Of a stretch of DNA of 64,000 bases, positions 37,661 through 46,983 are shown piece after piece. Made by a program: the position numbers and the translations under genes. Below the pieces are notes generated by a model that was given only the letters and a program-made list of their open reading frames with translations, was not told where the DNA came from and searched no databases. The stretch's first letter is position 1. Every line of letters starts with the position of its first letter. Source of the stretch: an uncultured Gammaproteobacteria bacterium (GTDB taxonomy: Bacteria; Patescibacteriota; Patescibacteriia; Magasanikbacterales; GWA2-37-8). The stretch covers positions 45,065 through 109,064 of the forward strand of contig CAZXML010000001.1 of assembly GCA_964641245.1 (NCBI GenBank), in the 5' to 3' direction.

Positions 37661-39658
37661 TTGTCGTTTAGCTCTCTCATTTCGATTATGGAACCAAGCG
37701 AAAAAGAACCGGACATTATAGGCAACCCGGATGTCAACTATTTTGCCACCACCAATTTTCGCAATAAAAACCGGAAATTTGGCATAAAGCTGGACGATCG
37801 CCGCCGGCATTTATATGTTGTGGGCAAAACGGGTATGGGCAAAACCACCATGTTAGAAAACATGGTTCTTAATGATATCTACGCGGGGCACGGCGTGGGA
37901 GTGGTAGATCCGCACGGCGATTTTGCCGAAAAAATTATAGATTATATTCCGGCTAATCGCATTAACGACGTGGTTTATTTTAATCCGTCCGATATTGATT
38001 TTCCAATCGGTTTTAATATTTTAGAAAGCATAGATCCGCGCTACCGCCATTTGGTGGCATCCGGACTTATGGGCGTTTTCAAAAAAATCTGGCCGGATGT
38101 GTGGAGCGCGCGCATGGAATACATTTTAAACAACACTCTTTTGGCCTTGCTGGAATTTCCCAACACCACCCTGCTAGGCATCAACCGACTGCTGGCCGAC
38201 AACGCTTACCGCAAACGCGTCATTAAAAATTTAAAAGATCCTGTTATCCGTTCATTCTGGGAAACGGAATTTGCCGGTTATAACGACCGCTATAAACAGG
38301 AAGCGGTCGCTCCGGTACAAAATAAAATCGGTCAATTTTTGTCGGCTTCGGTTATCCGCAACATTGTGGCGCAGACAAAATCGCGCATCAACATCCGCGA
38401 AATCATGGACACCAAGAAAATTTTTATCATGAACTTATCCAAAGGCAGAATCGGCGAAGATAATTCCCGGTTGCTGGGTGGTATGCTTATCACCAAAATT
38501 CAATTGGCGGCCATGGAAAGAGTAGACACTCCGGAAAAAGACCGCAAAGATTTTTTTCTTTATGTAGATGAATTTCAAAATTTTGCCACGGAAAGTTTTT
38601 CCAACATTTTATCCGAAGCGCGCAAATACCGGTTAGACTTAACCATGGCGCACCAATATATGGAGCAGTTGGATGAAACCGTGCTGGCCGCGGTAATTGG
38701 TAACGTGGGTACGCTGGTAACATTCCGGGTGGGTTCTACGGATGCGGAAATTCTGGCCAAAGAATTCGCGCCTACTTTTATAGAAACCGATTTGGTTAAT
38801 TTAACAAAATTTCAAATTTATTTAAAATTAATGATAGACGGCGTTGCTTCACAGCCTTTTTCCGCCAACACTTTATCGCCGATAAATATTTCCACCCATA
38901 GCACAGAAAAAGTTATTAAAGTTTCCCGCGAACGCTACGCCACCAGCCGGGAAAATATAGAAGACAAAATTATGCGTTGGACCGGTATGGAAGCCGGCGG
39001 AACGGGGGATACCGATGTAGACGAGGACGATGAAAATTACGGCGAGGATGAAGAGGGTATGCCGGTTTTGTTAGATAAGATGGTTGCTCCACCAATGGTG
39101 CCGGTTGCTCCAAAAGCTCCGACTCCGTCTGCTGTAAAAAAACTCCCGATTCTGACTCCGAGTCAGAATCGAGGATCCTCGATTTTGCCCGAACGCAAAA
39201 TCGGGACAACCCCTCCGCCGGTCAAAAAATCAGAACCCGCTCCGGTTAAATCAGACATAAAAGACAGTCAGCCGATTTCATTGGTGGATACAAGTCAAAA
39301 GGGGATAAGTTTGTCGCAAGCAGTACAAACTAACAAACAACCTGTTAAAGTAGAGAAAAAACACGAACATAAACCGGTGCAGGTGAGTCAGACGGTTCCT
39401 AAACAAGCGACAAATGCCAACCCACCCCTACCCAGACGCCTCCCGACCGCGGTCGAGGATCCTCGATTCTCGAGAATCGGGACAAGCGGGGAATTGCCAA
39501 AACCGCCAGCGCCACCGGCGACACCGGCGTCGGTAATTCCGCCTAAACCTTTACCAATAAATCAAACAGAGAAAAAGATTTTCCCGGATAAAATTGTCCA
39601 CATAGACGATGACACGGATAATGGCCTGCCTGCCGGCAGGCAGGTTGACAAAAATTAA
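37661..39658 (+). CDS. TraD/VirD4/HerA-like P-loop NTPase with a Pro-rich low-complexity C-terminus that contains repeat-element insertions
   Basis: Walker A VVGKTGMGKTT, Walker B FFLYVDEFQNF, and an AHQYMEQL motif. The C-terminal 250 aa are P/K-rich with embedded CGAGGATCCTCG and CCTGCCTGCCGGCAGGCAGG hairpins. Confidence 0.5.
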   Translation: MSFSSLISIMEPSEKEPDIIGNPDVNYFATTNFRNKNRKFGIKLDDRRRHLYVVGKTGMGKTTMLENMVLNDIYAGHGVGVVDPHGDFAEKIIDYIPANRINDVVYFNPSDIDFPIGFNILESIDPRYRHLVASGLMGVFKKIWPDVWSARMEYILNNTLLALLEFPNTTLLGINRLLADNAYRKRVIKNLKDPVIRSFWETEFAGYNDRYKQEAVAPVQNKIGQFLSASVIRNIVAQTKSRINIREIMDTKKIFIMNLSKGRIGEDNSRLLGGMLITKIQLAAMERVDTPEKDRKDFFLYVDEFQNFATESFSNILSEARKYRLDLTMAHQYMEQLDETVLAAVIGNVGTLVTFRVGSTDAEILAKEFAPTFIETDLVNLTKFQIYLKLMIDGVASQPFSANTLSPINISTHSTEKVIKVSRERYATSRENIEDKIMRWTGMEAGGTGDTDVDEDDENYGEDEEGMPVLLDKMVAPPMVPVAPKAPTPSAVKKLPILTPSQNRGSSILPERKIGTTPPPVKKSEPAPVKSDIKDSQPISLVDTSQKGISLSQAVQTNKQPVKVEKKHEHKPVQVSQTVPKQATNANPPLPRRLPTAVEDPRFSRIGTSGELPKPPAPPATPASVIPPKPLPINQTEKKIFPDKIVHIDDDTDNGLPAGRQVDKN

Positions 39659-39781
39659 AAATTGCAGTATAATGATAACTATATAATTTGGGGTACAGAA
39701 GTACCAACGAAGTTCCCAAAGTAGGTCGACTTAATAAACTCTCAAAAACCATTTTGGGAACAAACAAGAAGTACAAATACT

Positions 39782-40090
39782 ATGGCATTCGACGGAACAA
39801 GACAAATGTACAATGTGGATCTTTCCTGCGGAAAATGCGGAACCCACATTTCACAATTACCTTTTGAACCAAAAGGTGATCGCCCGGTTTATTGTTTTGA
39901 CTGCAACAAGACCTACCGCCAAGACAGACCAGCAGGTGGCGACAGAGGTGTTCGCGCTCCAAGACAAATGTACAGCGTCAATGTAAATTGCGCTCAGTGC
40001 GGAACCCAGATTTCGGAATTACCATTCCAACCATCTGGCGACAAGCCGGTTTACTGCAGAGAATGTATGCAAGCTCGCAGAAATTCCTAA
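39782..40090 (+). CDS. Tandem zinc-ribbon small protein
   Basis: Two repeats of CGKCGT.IS.LPF.P.GD.PVYC..C. Confidence 0.5.
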   Translation: MAFDGTRQMYNVDLSCGKCGTHISQLPFEPKGDRPVYCFDCNKTYRQDRPAGGDRGVRAPRQMYSVNVNCAQCGTQISELPFQPSGDKPVYCRECMQARRNS

Positions 40091-40194
40091 TTTAAACTTA
40101 AAACAGAGCGCCCTTCCTAACCGGAGGGTGTTTTGTTATCATTGACAAAATCAATTTTTTTCTGTAAGATTGGGTTTATTAAAAAGGAGGATAT

Positions 40195-40479
40195 GTGTTC
40201 AAAAAAATTGAAATTCAGCTGACGGAACCTTTGTGTGGGTGTTCGGTCGCCAATCTTAAGTGGGGGATTCCCACGGATAGCGAAGGGAAACCTTGTTTAA
40301 TAATTACCTGTAGGACGTGTAAAATTTCGATGTTCATTCCTAGTGAAAAGTTTTTTGCGAATTTTAAGTTGGATATTCCTTATCCCGGAGTTAAGTCCGT
40401 GGAAAAGCCTAAGGAAAAACATACTGTTATCGATGGTGGTAAGGTAATCCCTTTGCACAAAGATGAGGAAGAAAAATAG
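40195..40479 (+). CDS. Hypothetical small Cys-containing protein
   Basis: ORF followed by the terminator GCCGTTTCGATTTCATCGGACGGC plus a T-run at ~40501-40535. Confidence 0.35.
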   Translation: MFKKIEIQLTEPLCGCSVANLKWGIPTDSEGKPCLIITCRTCKISMFIPSEKFFANFKLDIPYPGVKSVEKPKEKHTVIDGGKVIPLHKDEEEK

Positions 40480-40706
40480 TATTATAGTTCCTGCGTTGTT
40501 ATAGGCCGTTTCGATTTCATCGGACGGCTTTTTTTATTCCACTCATCTTGTTCCCTCCCGCTATTAGAGGAGGGATAATGGGTGGGGTTTTGTTTTAATT
40601 TGGCTTTTTCAATTACCAAACCCCCGCCTCTGCCCCCCCCCTTGTAGGGGGAGAAAGCCGGCCACAAGTGCTTGAAAAAATATCAAAAATAGAGTAGTTT
40701 ATCCCC

Positions 40707-41948
40707 ATGTCCAAAGCAAATAAAAAAATAAAGGTTTTGTGTACCATGAGTGGCGGGGTGGATTCCTCGGTTGCCTCGGCTCTTTTGGTTGCCCAAGGCT
40801 ATGATGTTACTGGCGCATTCATGGTCAATTACGACGAAATTGGCCCGCAAGGCGAATCCTGCTGGACTAGTGATTATCAAGACGCTCTGCGGGTGGCGGC
40901 CAAGCTGGGCATACCGCTGATGCGTTTGGATTTTGTAAAAGAATATAAAAAAACCGTTTTGGATTATATGTATGAGGAGTACCGGAAAGGCAGAACGCCG
41001 AACCCGGATGTTTTGTGTAATAAGTTTGTAAAGTTTGGCGTGTGGTTGGAAAAGGCGAAGGAGTTGGGGTTTGATAAGCTCGCAACAGGTCACTACGCGC
41101 GTCTCGCAAATTCCCCGCTTGGGCCTGCCTGCCGGCAGGCAGGCGGGGTAAGGGGTGGGTTGGCGTTAATGGAAGCGATGGATGCCAACAAAGACCAAAC
41201 CTATTTTTTACACCAATTAAATCAGGAACAATTAAAATTCGTTTTATTTCCTATCGGAGAATACACCAAGCCCCAAGTTAGAAAATTGGCCAAAAAATTC
41301 AATTTACCAAATGCCGACAAGGAAGAAAGCATGGGAATTTGTTTTGTGGGCGAAGTGCCAATGAAAGAATTTTTATTGAAAAAAATTAAGGCGAAAAAAG
41401 GGAAAATTATTTTAAGTACTGGTGAACAAATTGGCGTGCACGATGGTCTGCCTTTTTATACTATCGGACAGCGCCAAGGCCTTCGGACGTCTTGTCATTC
41501 TGAACGGAGTGAAGAATCTCTGTCTCAATCGTCAAACGGACAGAGATCCTTCGCTGGCACTCAGGATGACAATACGCGACCGCTTTACGTTCTTGCTAAA
41601 AATTTTGAGAAAAACGAATTGGTAGTCGGCTACGAAGACGATCCGTTATTATATAAAAAAACCGCCGAAGTGTCGGAGGTAAATTGGGTAAGCGGGCAAC
41701 CACCGAAATTTCCCTTAAATTGCGAAGTCCGTTTGCGTCATCGACAATCACTGCAAAAGTGCCTCGTTGATTCCCCGCTTGTCCCGATTCTCGAGAATCG
41801 TGGATCCCGACTCACTGTCGGGAGGCGGTCTACGGGTAGGGGTGGGTTGGCCATTAAATTTTCCAAACCTCAACGCGCGGTAACCCCCGGCCAATTTGCT
41901 GTCTTCTATAAAAAAGGTGAATGTCTTGGCGGTGGAATAATAAACTAA
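40707..41948 (+). CDS. mnmA: tRNA-specific 2-thiouridylase MnmA carrying three in-frame palindromic-element insertions
   Basis: PP-loop CTMSGGVDSSVA and the conserved MnmA core. It is 413 aa against about 360 typical. Extra segments are encoded at 41107-41165, 41493-41571 (family A) and 41770-41855. Confidence 0.85.
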   Translation: MSKANKKIKVLCTMSGGVDSSVASALLVAQGYDVTGAFMVNYDEIGPQGESCWTSDYQDALRVAAKLGIPLMRLDFVKEYKKTVLDYMYEEYRKGRTPNPDVLCNKFVKFGVWLEKAKELGFDKLATGHYARLANSPLGPACRQAGGVRGGLALMEAMDANKDQTYFLHQLNQEQLKFVLFPIGEYTKPQVRKLAKKFNLPNADKEESMGICFVGEVPMKEFLLKKIKAKKGKIILSTGEQIGVHDGLPFYTIGQRQGLRTSCHSERSEESLSQSSNGQRSFAGTQDDNTRPLYVLAKNFEKNELVVGYEDDPLLYKKTAEVSEVNWVSGQPPKFPLNCEVRLRHRQSLQKCLVDSPLVPILENRGSRLTVGRRSTGRGGLAIKFSKPQRAVTPGQFAVFYKKGECLGGGIIN

Positions 41949-41959
41949 AAAAGAAAAAG

Positions 41960-42290
41960 ACCTACCAGACCGCCCCTTTTTTGTTTTTTTATGGGGCTGG
42001 CTCTGATAAGTCTCATTCCGATTGTCCTGTGCTTTCGGATGCTCTCTTCCCGTAGGTGGGAGCATTGGGTTAACCAACCCCGATGGCGGTCGCTGACCAT
42101 GGTTCTTCGGCCTAGTGGCCTATCATGTTCTGCGCCATCGCGCTCGGCACGGTCTGTAGTACCCTCCTTCCTCGGTGTGGGTGTTGCTGGGGTTGATTTT
42201 TGAGCGGTGTGAGCAACCCAGGTCCCGCTGGGTTTCACGTTTTATATACTACTTTGCCTCTTGAGTTTTGTCAAGAGTAGTGATAAGATT
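41960..42290. ncRNA. ORF-free, GC-rich structured region; candidate non-coding RNA of unknown class
   Basis: About 300 nt with markedly higher GC than the flanks, containing many short complementary segments. Only short, low-complexity ORFs are present. Confidence 0.25.
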
Positions 42291-42297
42291 TATCAAT

Positions 42298-44229
42298 ATG
42301 ATTAACTCTCACGAATTACGTCAAAAATATCTGGAATTTTTCAAATCAAAAGGGCATGCCATTATTCCTTCGGCTTCTTTGATTCCGGAAAATGATCCCA
42401 CTGTGTTATTTACCACAGCCGGCATGCACCCGCTTGTTCCATATTTGCTTGGAGAAAAACATCCGGGTGGCAAACGGGTTACCAGCGCGCAAAAATGTGT
42501 GCGTACAGGCGACATAGACGAAGTGGGCGACAACCGTCATCTTACTTTTTTTGAAATGATGGGCAATTGGTCTTTTGGCGACTACTTCAAGAAGGAAGCG
42601 ATAGAATGGAGCTGGGAATTTTTAACATCTACAGTTTATTTAGGATTAGACCCGCGCCAATTGGCCGTGTCTGCTTTTGAAGGTGAAGAGGGGATTCCGC
42701 GCGACAACGAAGCCGCGGAAATTTGGCAATCTTTGGGAATGAGTGAAGAAAGAATTGCGTTTTTACCGAGAAAAAATAATTGGTGGGGTCCGGCGGGTCA
42801 AACCGGTCCGTGCGGTCCGGATACGGAAATGTTTTTTTGGCGCCCCAGTCATTCGACAGGGCAAGCGGCGGGTGAATTTCCTCCGGCCGGCAGTAATCCC
42901 AAAACAGACGAAGACAATTGGTTGGAAATTTGGAACGATGTTTTCATGCAGTACAATAAAAATACCGCCGGCGCCTACGAACCGTTAAAACAAACCAATG
43001 TAGATACGGGTATGGGTTTGGAACGGACGCTGGTGGTTCTAAATGGTTATGCGGATGTTTTTCAGATAGACACGCTTTGGCCGGTTATCCAAAAAATTCA
43101 AAACATTTCCGGGCGCGAGTATATAGAAAGCGCGGACGTCACCCGTTCCATGAGAATAATTGCCGACCATTTGCGTACGGCCACTATGATTATGGCCGAC
43201 GATACCAAAATCGCGCCCAGTAATGTGGATCAGGGTTATATTGTCCGTCGGTTAATCCGCCGCGCCGTGCGTCACGGCCGGCTGTTAGGCATGCACGCCA
43301 ATTTTTGCAGTATTATTTCTCAAGAAGTAATAAATATTTTGGCCGATGTTTATCCGGAGCTGGAAAAAAATAAAGAATTTGTGTTAACCGAAATGGCGCG
43401 GGAAGAAAGCGGTTTTAAAAATACCATTGAACAAGGTTTAAAAGAATTTGAAAAATTATTGCGCGGATTTCAAATGGCATTCGAAAAAATGCCGATTTTG
43501 CCTCGGCAAAATCGAGCATCCTCGATTTCAACGCCAGTTGAAATCGGGACAGGCCAAATGGTAAAACAAATTTCCGGCAAACAAGCATTCAAGTTATTTG
43601 AGACTTTTGGTTTTCCTTTGGAAATAACCCAGGAGCTGGCCAACGAAAATAATTTAATGGTAGATGTGAACGGTTTTGAGGAAGCGTTTAAAGCGCATCA
43701 GGATTTATCGCGCGTTGGCGCCGAACAAAAATTCAAAGGCGGGCTGGCCGATACCGGCGAGATGTCCACCAAATATCATACTGCCACCCATTTGCTCCAT
43801 GCCGTACTGCGCAAAGTGCTCGGGACGCATGTAGAACAGCGGGGCAGTAACATTACCGCCGAACGTTTGCGTTTTGATTTTTCTCATCCGGAAAAAATGT
43901 CGGAGGAACAAAAAAAACAAGTGGAAGATTTAATAAATTACGCCATCGGCCATGACTACCATGTATCTTTCGCCGAAATGTCTGTAGATGAAGCTAAAGC
44001 CAAGGACGCGATGGGTTTATTTGGCGATAAATACGGCGCCCAAGTTAAAGTTTATTCCATCGGCGATCCCAATTCCGCTCCGGACGCTCACGCCAATTCC
44101 CTAACATTCAGCCGCGAAATTTGCGGCGGTCCTCATGTAGAACACACCGGCACTCTCGGTAAATTTAAAATTATAAAAGAAGAAGCCGTGAGTTCGGGAA
44201 TTCGCCGTATCAAAGCTATTTTGGAATAA
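42298..44229 (+). CDS. alaS: Alanyl-tRNA synthetase, compact form lacking the C-Ala domain, with one in-frame element insertion
   Basis: Catalytic motifs FTTAGMHP, QKCVRTGDID and FFEMMGNWSFGDYFK. Editing domain HTATHLLH...CGGPHV. Insertion at ~43495-43560. Confidence 0.85.
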   Translation: MINSHELRQKYLEFFKSKGHAIIPSASLIPENDPTVLFTTAGMHPLVPYLLGEKHPGGKRVTSAQKCVRTGDIDEVGDNRHLTFFEMMGNWSFGDYFKKEAIEWSWEFLTSTVYLGLDPRQLAVSAFEGEEGIPRDNEAAEIWQSLGMSEERIAFLPRKNNWWGPAGQTGPCGPDTEMFFWRPSHSTGQAAGEFPPAGSNPKTDEDNWLEIWNDVFMQYNKNTAGAYEPLKQTNVDTGMGLERTLVVLNGYADVFQIDTLWPVIQKIQNISGREYIESADVTRSMRIIADHLRTATMIMADDTKIAPSNVDQGYIVRRLIRRAVRHGRLLGMHANFCSIISQEVINILADVYPELEKNKEFVLTEMAREESGFKNTIEQGLKEFEKLLRGFQMAFEKMPILPRQNRASSISTPVEIGTGQMVKQISGKQAFKLFETFGFPLEITQELANENNLMVDVNGFEEAFKAHQDLSRVGAEQKFKGGLADTGEMSTKYHTATHLLHAVLRKVLGTHVEQRGSNITAERLRFDFSHPEKMSEEQKKQVEDLINYAIGHDYHVSFAEMSVDEAKAKDAMGLFGDKYGAQVKVYSIGDPNSAPDAHANSLTFSREICGGPHVEHTGTLGKFKIIKEEAVSSGIRRIKAILE

Positions 44230-44232
44230 ATT

Positions 44233-44661
44233 ATGCTCAAAAAAATTATTTTATATCTTTGGTCAATGCGCCATCAGTTCGCGCGTTATTTTATTATTGG
44301 GTTAGGCGGGGTCGTTTTAGACATCGGCAGCCTTTACTTGTTAAAAGAATATTTACATTTGCGTCCGGTAATTGCGGTTATTGTCAACGGTATATTTTTG
44401 CTTAATTACGTTTTTTTTCTAAACAAGTATTGGACTTTTAAATCGCAAGGCGTTACGCACAAGCAGGTAATCCGGTTTTTTATTTTATCGGGAATAAACT
44501 ACGGTATTTCTATCGGCTGGATGTATATTTTCAATCATATATTCGGCTTTAATTACCTTTTGGTCAGACTTTCCAACATCGCCCTTTCGGTAGCCTGGAA
44601 TTTCCTTCTATATAAGTACTGGGTGTACAAACAGGAAGAGCCGGTAATTTTCGCCAGTTAG
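44233..44661 (+). CDS. GtrA-family membrane protein
   Basis: 142 aa with four TM helices. GtrA-like RYFIIGLGGVVLDIGSLYLL...KYWTFK. Confidence 0.65.
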   Translation: MLKKIILYLWSMRHQFARYFIIGLGGVVLDIGSLYLLKEYLHLRPVIAVIVNGIFLLNYVFFLNKYWTFKSQGVTHKQVIRFFILSGINYGISIGWMYIFNHIFGFNYLLVRLSNIALSVAWNFLLYKYWVYKQEEPVIFAS

Positions 44662-44734
44662 AGCCAAGACACATACCCCTTGACTTAATTACTGTTTTGT
44701 ATTATCATATACCTCGTTACTAATATCCACGTAA

Positions 44735-44953
44735 ATGGCTAATAACAAAGACATCATCGAAGTAAAAGGTACTATAGAGGAGCTACTCCCGGCTACGACT
44801 TTTAAAGTAAAGCTGGAAAGCGGCCAGATGATCATTGCCCATTTATCCGGAAAAATCAGAATGAATAAAATCAGAATGAGCATTGGCGACAGCGTAAAAA
44901 TAGAAATGACGCCATACGACTTGACAAAAGGAAGAATAACGTATAGATTCTAG
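44735..44953 (+). CDS. infA: Translation initiation factor IF-1
   Basis: 72 aa S1-like. [54 protein letters not shown]. Confidence 0.9.
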   Translation: MANNKDIIEVKGTIEELLPATTFKVKLESGQMIIAHLSGKIRMNKIRMSIGDSVKIEMTPYDLTKGRITYRF

Positions 44954-45105
44954 TAGTCGGCAAGGGAGTGGACAACTTACTATATATACATATCAATCAT
45001 TGCGGTGTAGCTGGATCGTAGTTATACAACGTCTAAATGTCCGTATAACTTAACCATCTGGTGCTGATATCGCGGCAGTGATTGGTATTTTTTAAAACTA
45101 AAATT

Positions 45106-45219
45106 ATGAAAGTACGCGCATCTGTAAGAAAAATTTGTATCAAATGTAAAATCGTCCGCCGCAAGGGACGCGTTTGTGTTATCTGCGTTACACCAAAACA
45201 CAAGCAACGACAAGGTTAA
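45106..45219 (+). CDS. rpmJ: 50S ribosomal protein L36
   Basis: Hand translation [37 protein letters not shown]. It is below the ORF-track length cutoff. Confidence 0.85.
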   Translation: MKVRASVRKICIKCKIVRRKGRVCVICVTPKHKQRQG

Positions 45220-45265
45220 TTTCTTAATTTCTAAATCATTTTTCTAATCATTAATTTCTCCGTGT

Positions 45266-45649
45266 ATGCGTGTATCCGGTATAAACATTCCTAAGGAAAA
45301 AAGAATCGTCATTGCTTTAAGTTATATTTACGGCATCGGCCCTACTTTTGCTAAAAAGATTTTGGCTCAAGCCAAAATCAGCGAAGACACCAGAACAAAA
45401 GATCTTACTCCGGAACAGGAAGACAAATTACGCATGATTATTGAAAAAGAATATAAGACAGAAGGTGATTTGCGCCGTGAAGTTATGGCCAACATCAAAC
45501 GTCTTAAAGATATCAAAGCCTACAGAGGCATCCGCCACATGAAACACTTGCCGGTCAGAGGTCAGCGCACCAAAACCAACTCACGCACTGTCCGCGGTAA
45601 TGTCCGCAAAACTATGGGTAGCGGCCGGGTCAAGGAAGGTTTAAAGTAA
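45266..45649 (+). CDS. rpsM: 30S ribosomal protein S13
   Basis: [25 protein letters not shown]. Confidence 0.9.
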   Translation: MRVSGINIPKEKRIVIALSYIYGIGPTFAKKILAQAKISEDTRTKDLTPEQEDKLRMIIEKEYKTEGDLRREVMANIKRLKDIKAYRGIRHMKHLPVRGQRTKTNSRTVRGNVRKTMGSGRVKEGLK

Positions 45650-45664
45650 AAAGATAATCGTTAA

Positions 45665-45734
45665 TGTCATGCTGAACTTGTTTCAGCATCCAGTCGGATA
45701 AATTAATAGATCCTGAATCAAGTTCAGGATGACA
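45665..45734. repeat. Family-C element
   Basis: GTCATGCTGAACTTGTTTCAGCATC...GATCCTGAATCAAGTTCAGGATGACA, between rpsM and rpsK. Confidence 0.8.
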
Positions 45735-45746
45735 AATAATATAAAT

Positions 45747-46205
45747 ATGTCAGATGTTCAATCAGTACAACCAGCCGAAGTAAAAGTGGCCACAGAAGCC
45801 GTCAAAACTACTTCCGAAAAGCCGGTCGCAAAGGGAAAGAAAAAGAAAGTAGTCAGACAAGTTGTTCATGGCAATGCTTTTATTCAGGCTTCCTACAACA
45901 ACACCATCATCAGCATCACCGATCCTAACGGAGATGTTTTGGGCTGGTCATCGGCCGGTAAAGTAGGGTTTAAGGGTCCAAAAAAGGCCACTCCTTACGC
46001 CGCCAGCATGGTGGTAAAAGACATTGTGGATAAGTTGGTTGCTTACGGACTTAAAGATATCCATGTTTTTGTAAAAGGAATCGGCGGAGGCCGTGAAGGC
46101 GCCATCCGCGGTTTGCACTTAAACGGTTTGAATGTTTTATCCATCAGCGACGTCACCCCAATCCCGCACAACGGTTGCCGCGCTCCAAGAAAACGCAGAA
46201 TTTAA
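45747..46205 (+). CDS. rpsK: 30S ribosomal protein S11
   Basis: HGNAFIQASYNNTIISITDPNGDVLGWSSAG...PYAA. The start is probably the internal ATG. Confidence 0.85.
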   Translation: MSDVQSVQPAEVKVATEAVKTTSEKPVAKGKKKKVVRQVVHGNAFIQASYNNTIISITDPNGDVLGWSSAGKVGFKGPKKATPYAASMVVKDIVDKLVAYGLKDIHVFVKGIGGGREGAIRGLHLNGLNVLSISDVTPIPHNGCRAPRKRRI

Positions 46206-46257
46206 ACGCAAATTATCATTTATCATTTATCATTTATCAATTATCAAGTATTGAAAT

Positions 46258-46866
46258 ATGGCAAGAGATTTAAGACCAAAACATAAATTGTGCAGAAAAT
46301 ACGGAGAGAAGCTTTGTGATTCTCCTAAATGTCCGCTTACCAAACGCCCATATCCGGCCGGCGTTCATGGTCCAAGCAAAAAACACCACAAGCAATCTGT
46401 TTATGGTAAACAATTGTTCGAAAAACAAAAAGCCAAACAATTGTATGGTCTTTTGGAAAAACAATTTTCAAACTATGTAGCCGAAGCTTCAAAAAGCACC
46501 GGCGACACCGGAAAGTTTCTGGTAAATTATTTGGAATCAAGACTGGACAATGTTATTTACCGCACCGGTTTGGCTTCTTCCCGTCGCGCCGGCCGACAAT
46601 TGGTTTGTCATGGCCACGTATTGGTAAACGGCAAGAAAGTAGATATCCCTTCTTACAGAGTTCGTATTGGTGAAGAAGTTGGTTTATCCGAAAAAAGCAA
46701 AACCAGTCCGCTTTTTGCCAAAGTTACCGAAACTTTAAGCAAAGTAGACGCGCCAGGTTGGTTGGCTATCAATCCAAAAAATGCGTCCGCCAAAGTGCTT
46801 AACGCTCCTACGGTAGATACTCCGGGTTACGACGCTAAATCAATCATTGAGTTCTACTCACGTTAA
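46258..46866 (+). CDS. rpsD: 30S ribosomal protein S4
   Basis: N-terminal Cys cluster and an S4 domain (LDNVIYRTGLASSRRAGRQLV.HGHVLVNGKKV). Confidence 0.9.
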   Translation: MARDLRPKHKLCRKYGEKLCDSPKCPLTKRPYPAGVHGPSKKHHKQSVYGKQLFEKQKAKQLYGLLEKQFSNYVAEASKSTGDTGKFLVNYLESRLDNVIYRTGLASSRRAGRQLVCHGHVLVNGKKVDIPSYRVRIGEEVGLSEKSKTSPLFAKVTETLSKVDAPGWLAINPKNASAKVLNAPTVDTPGYDAKSIIEFYSR

Positions 46867-46983
46867 TTTGATAGTTAAAACATATAATCTCATTCGCTCG
46901 AAAATATTTAGCAAGCTAAACATTTTACTCACTCATTTCGATTATAAGGAGGGGACACCCCCATTTACTCACAGTTTAAATCT

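Noticed and set aside
41960-42290. RNase P RNA or SRP RNA in the GC-rich mnmA-alaS spacer
   Set aside because: No P4 helix signature (AGGAAAGTCCGGGC / ACAGAAACCGGCTTA) and no SRP domain-IV GGAAGCAGCCAAGG-type motif could be found on either strand. Reported only as an unclassified candidate ncRNA.
42321-43920. Small ORFs inside alaS (42321-42533 on -, 42743-42988 on +, 43705-43920 on -)
   Set aside because: They are embedded in a confidently identified aminoacyl-tRNA synthetase gene.
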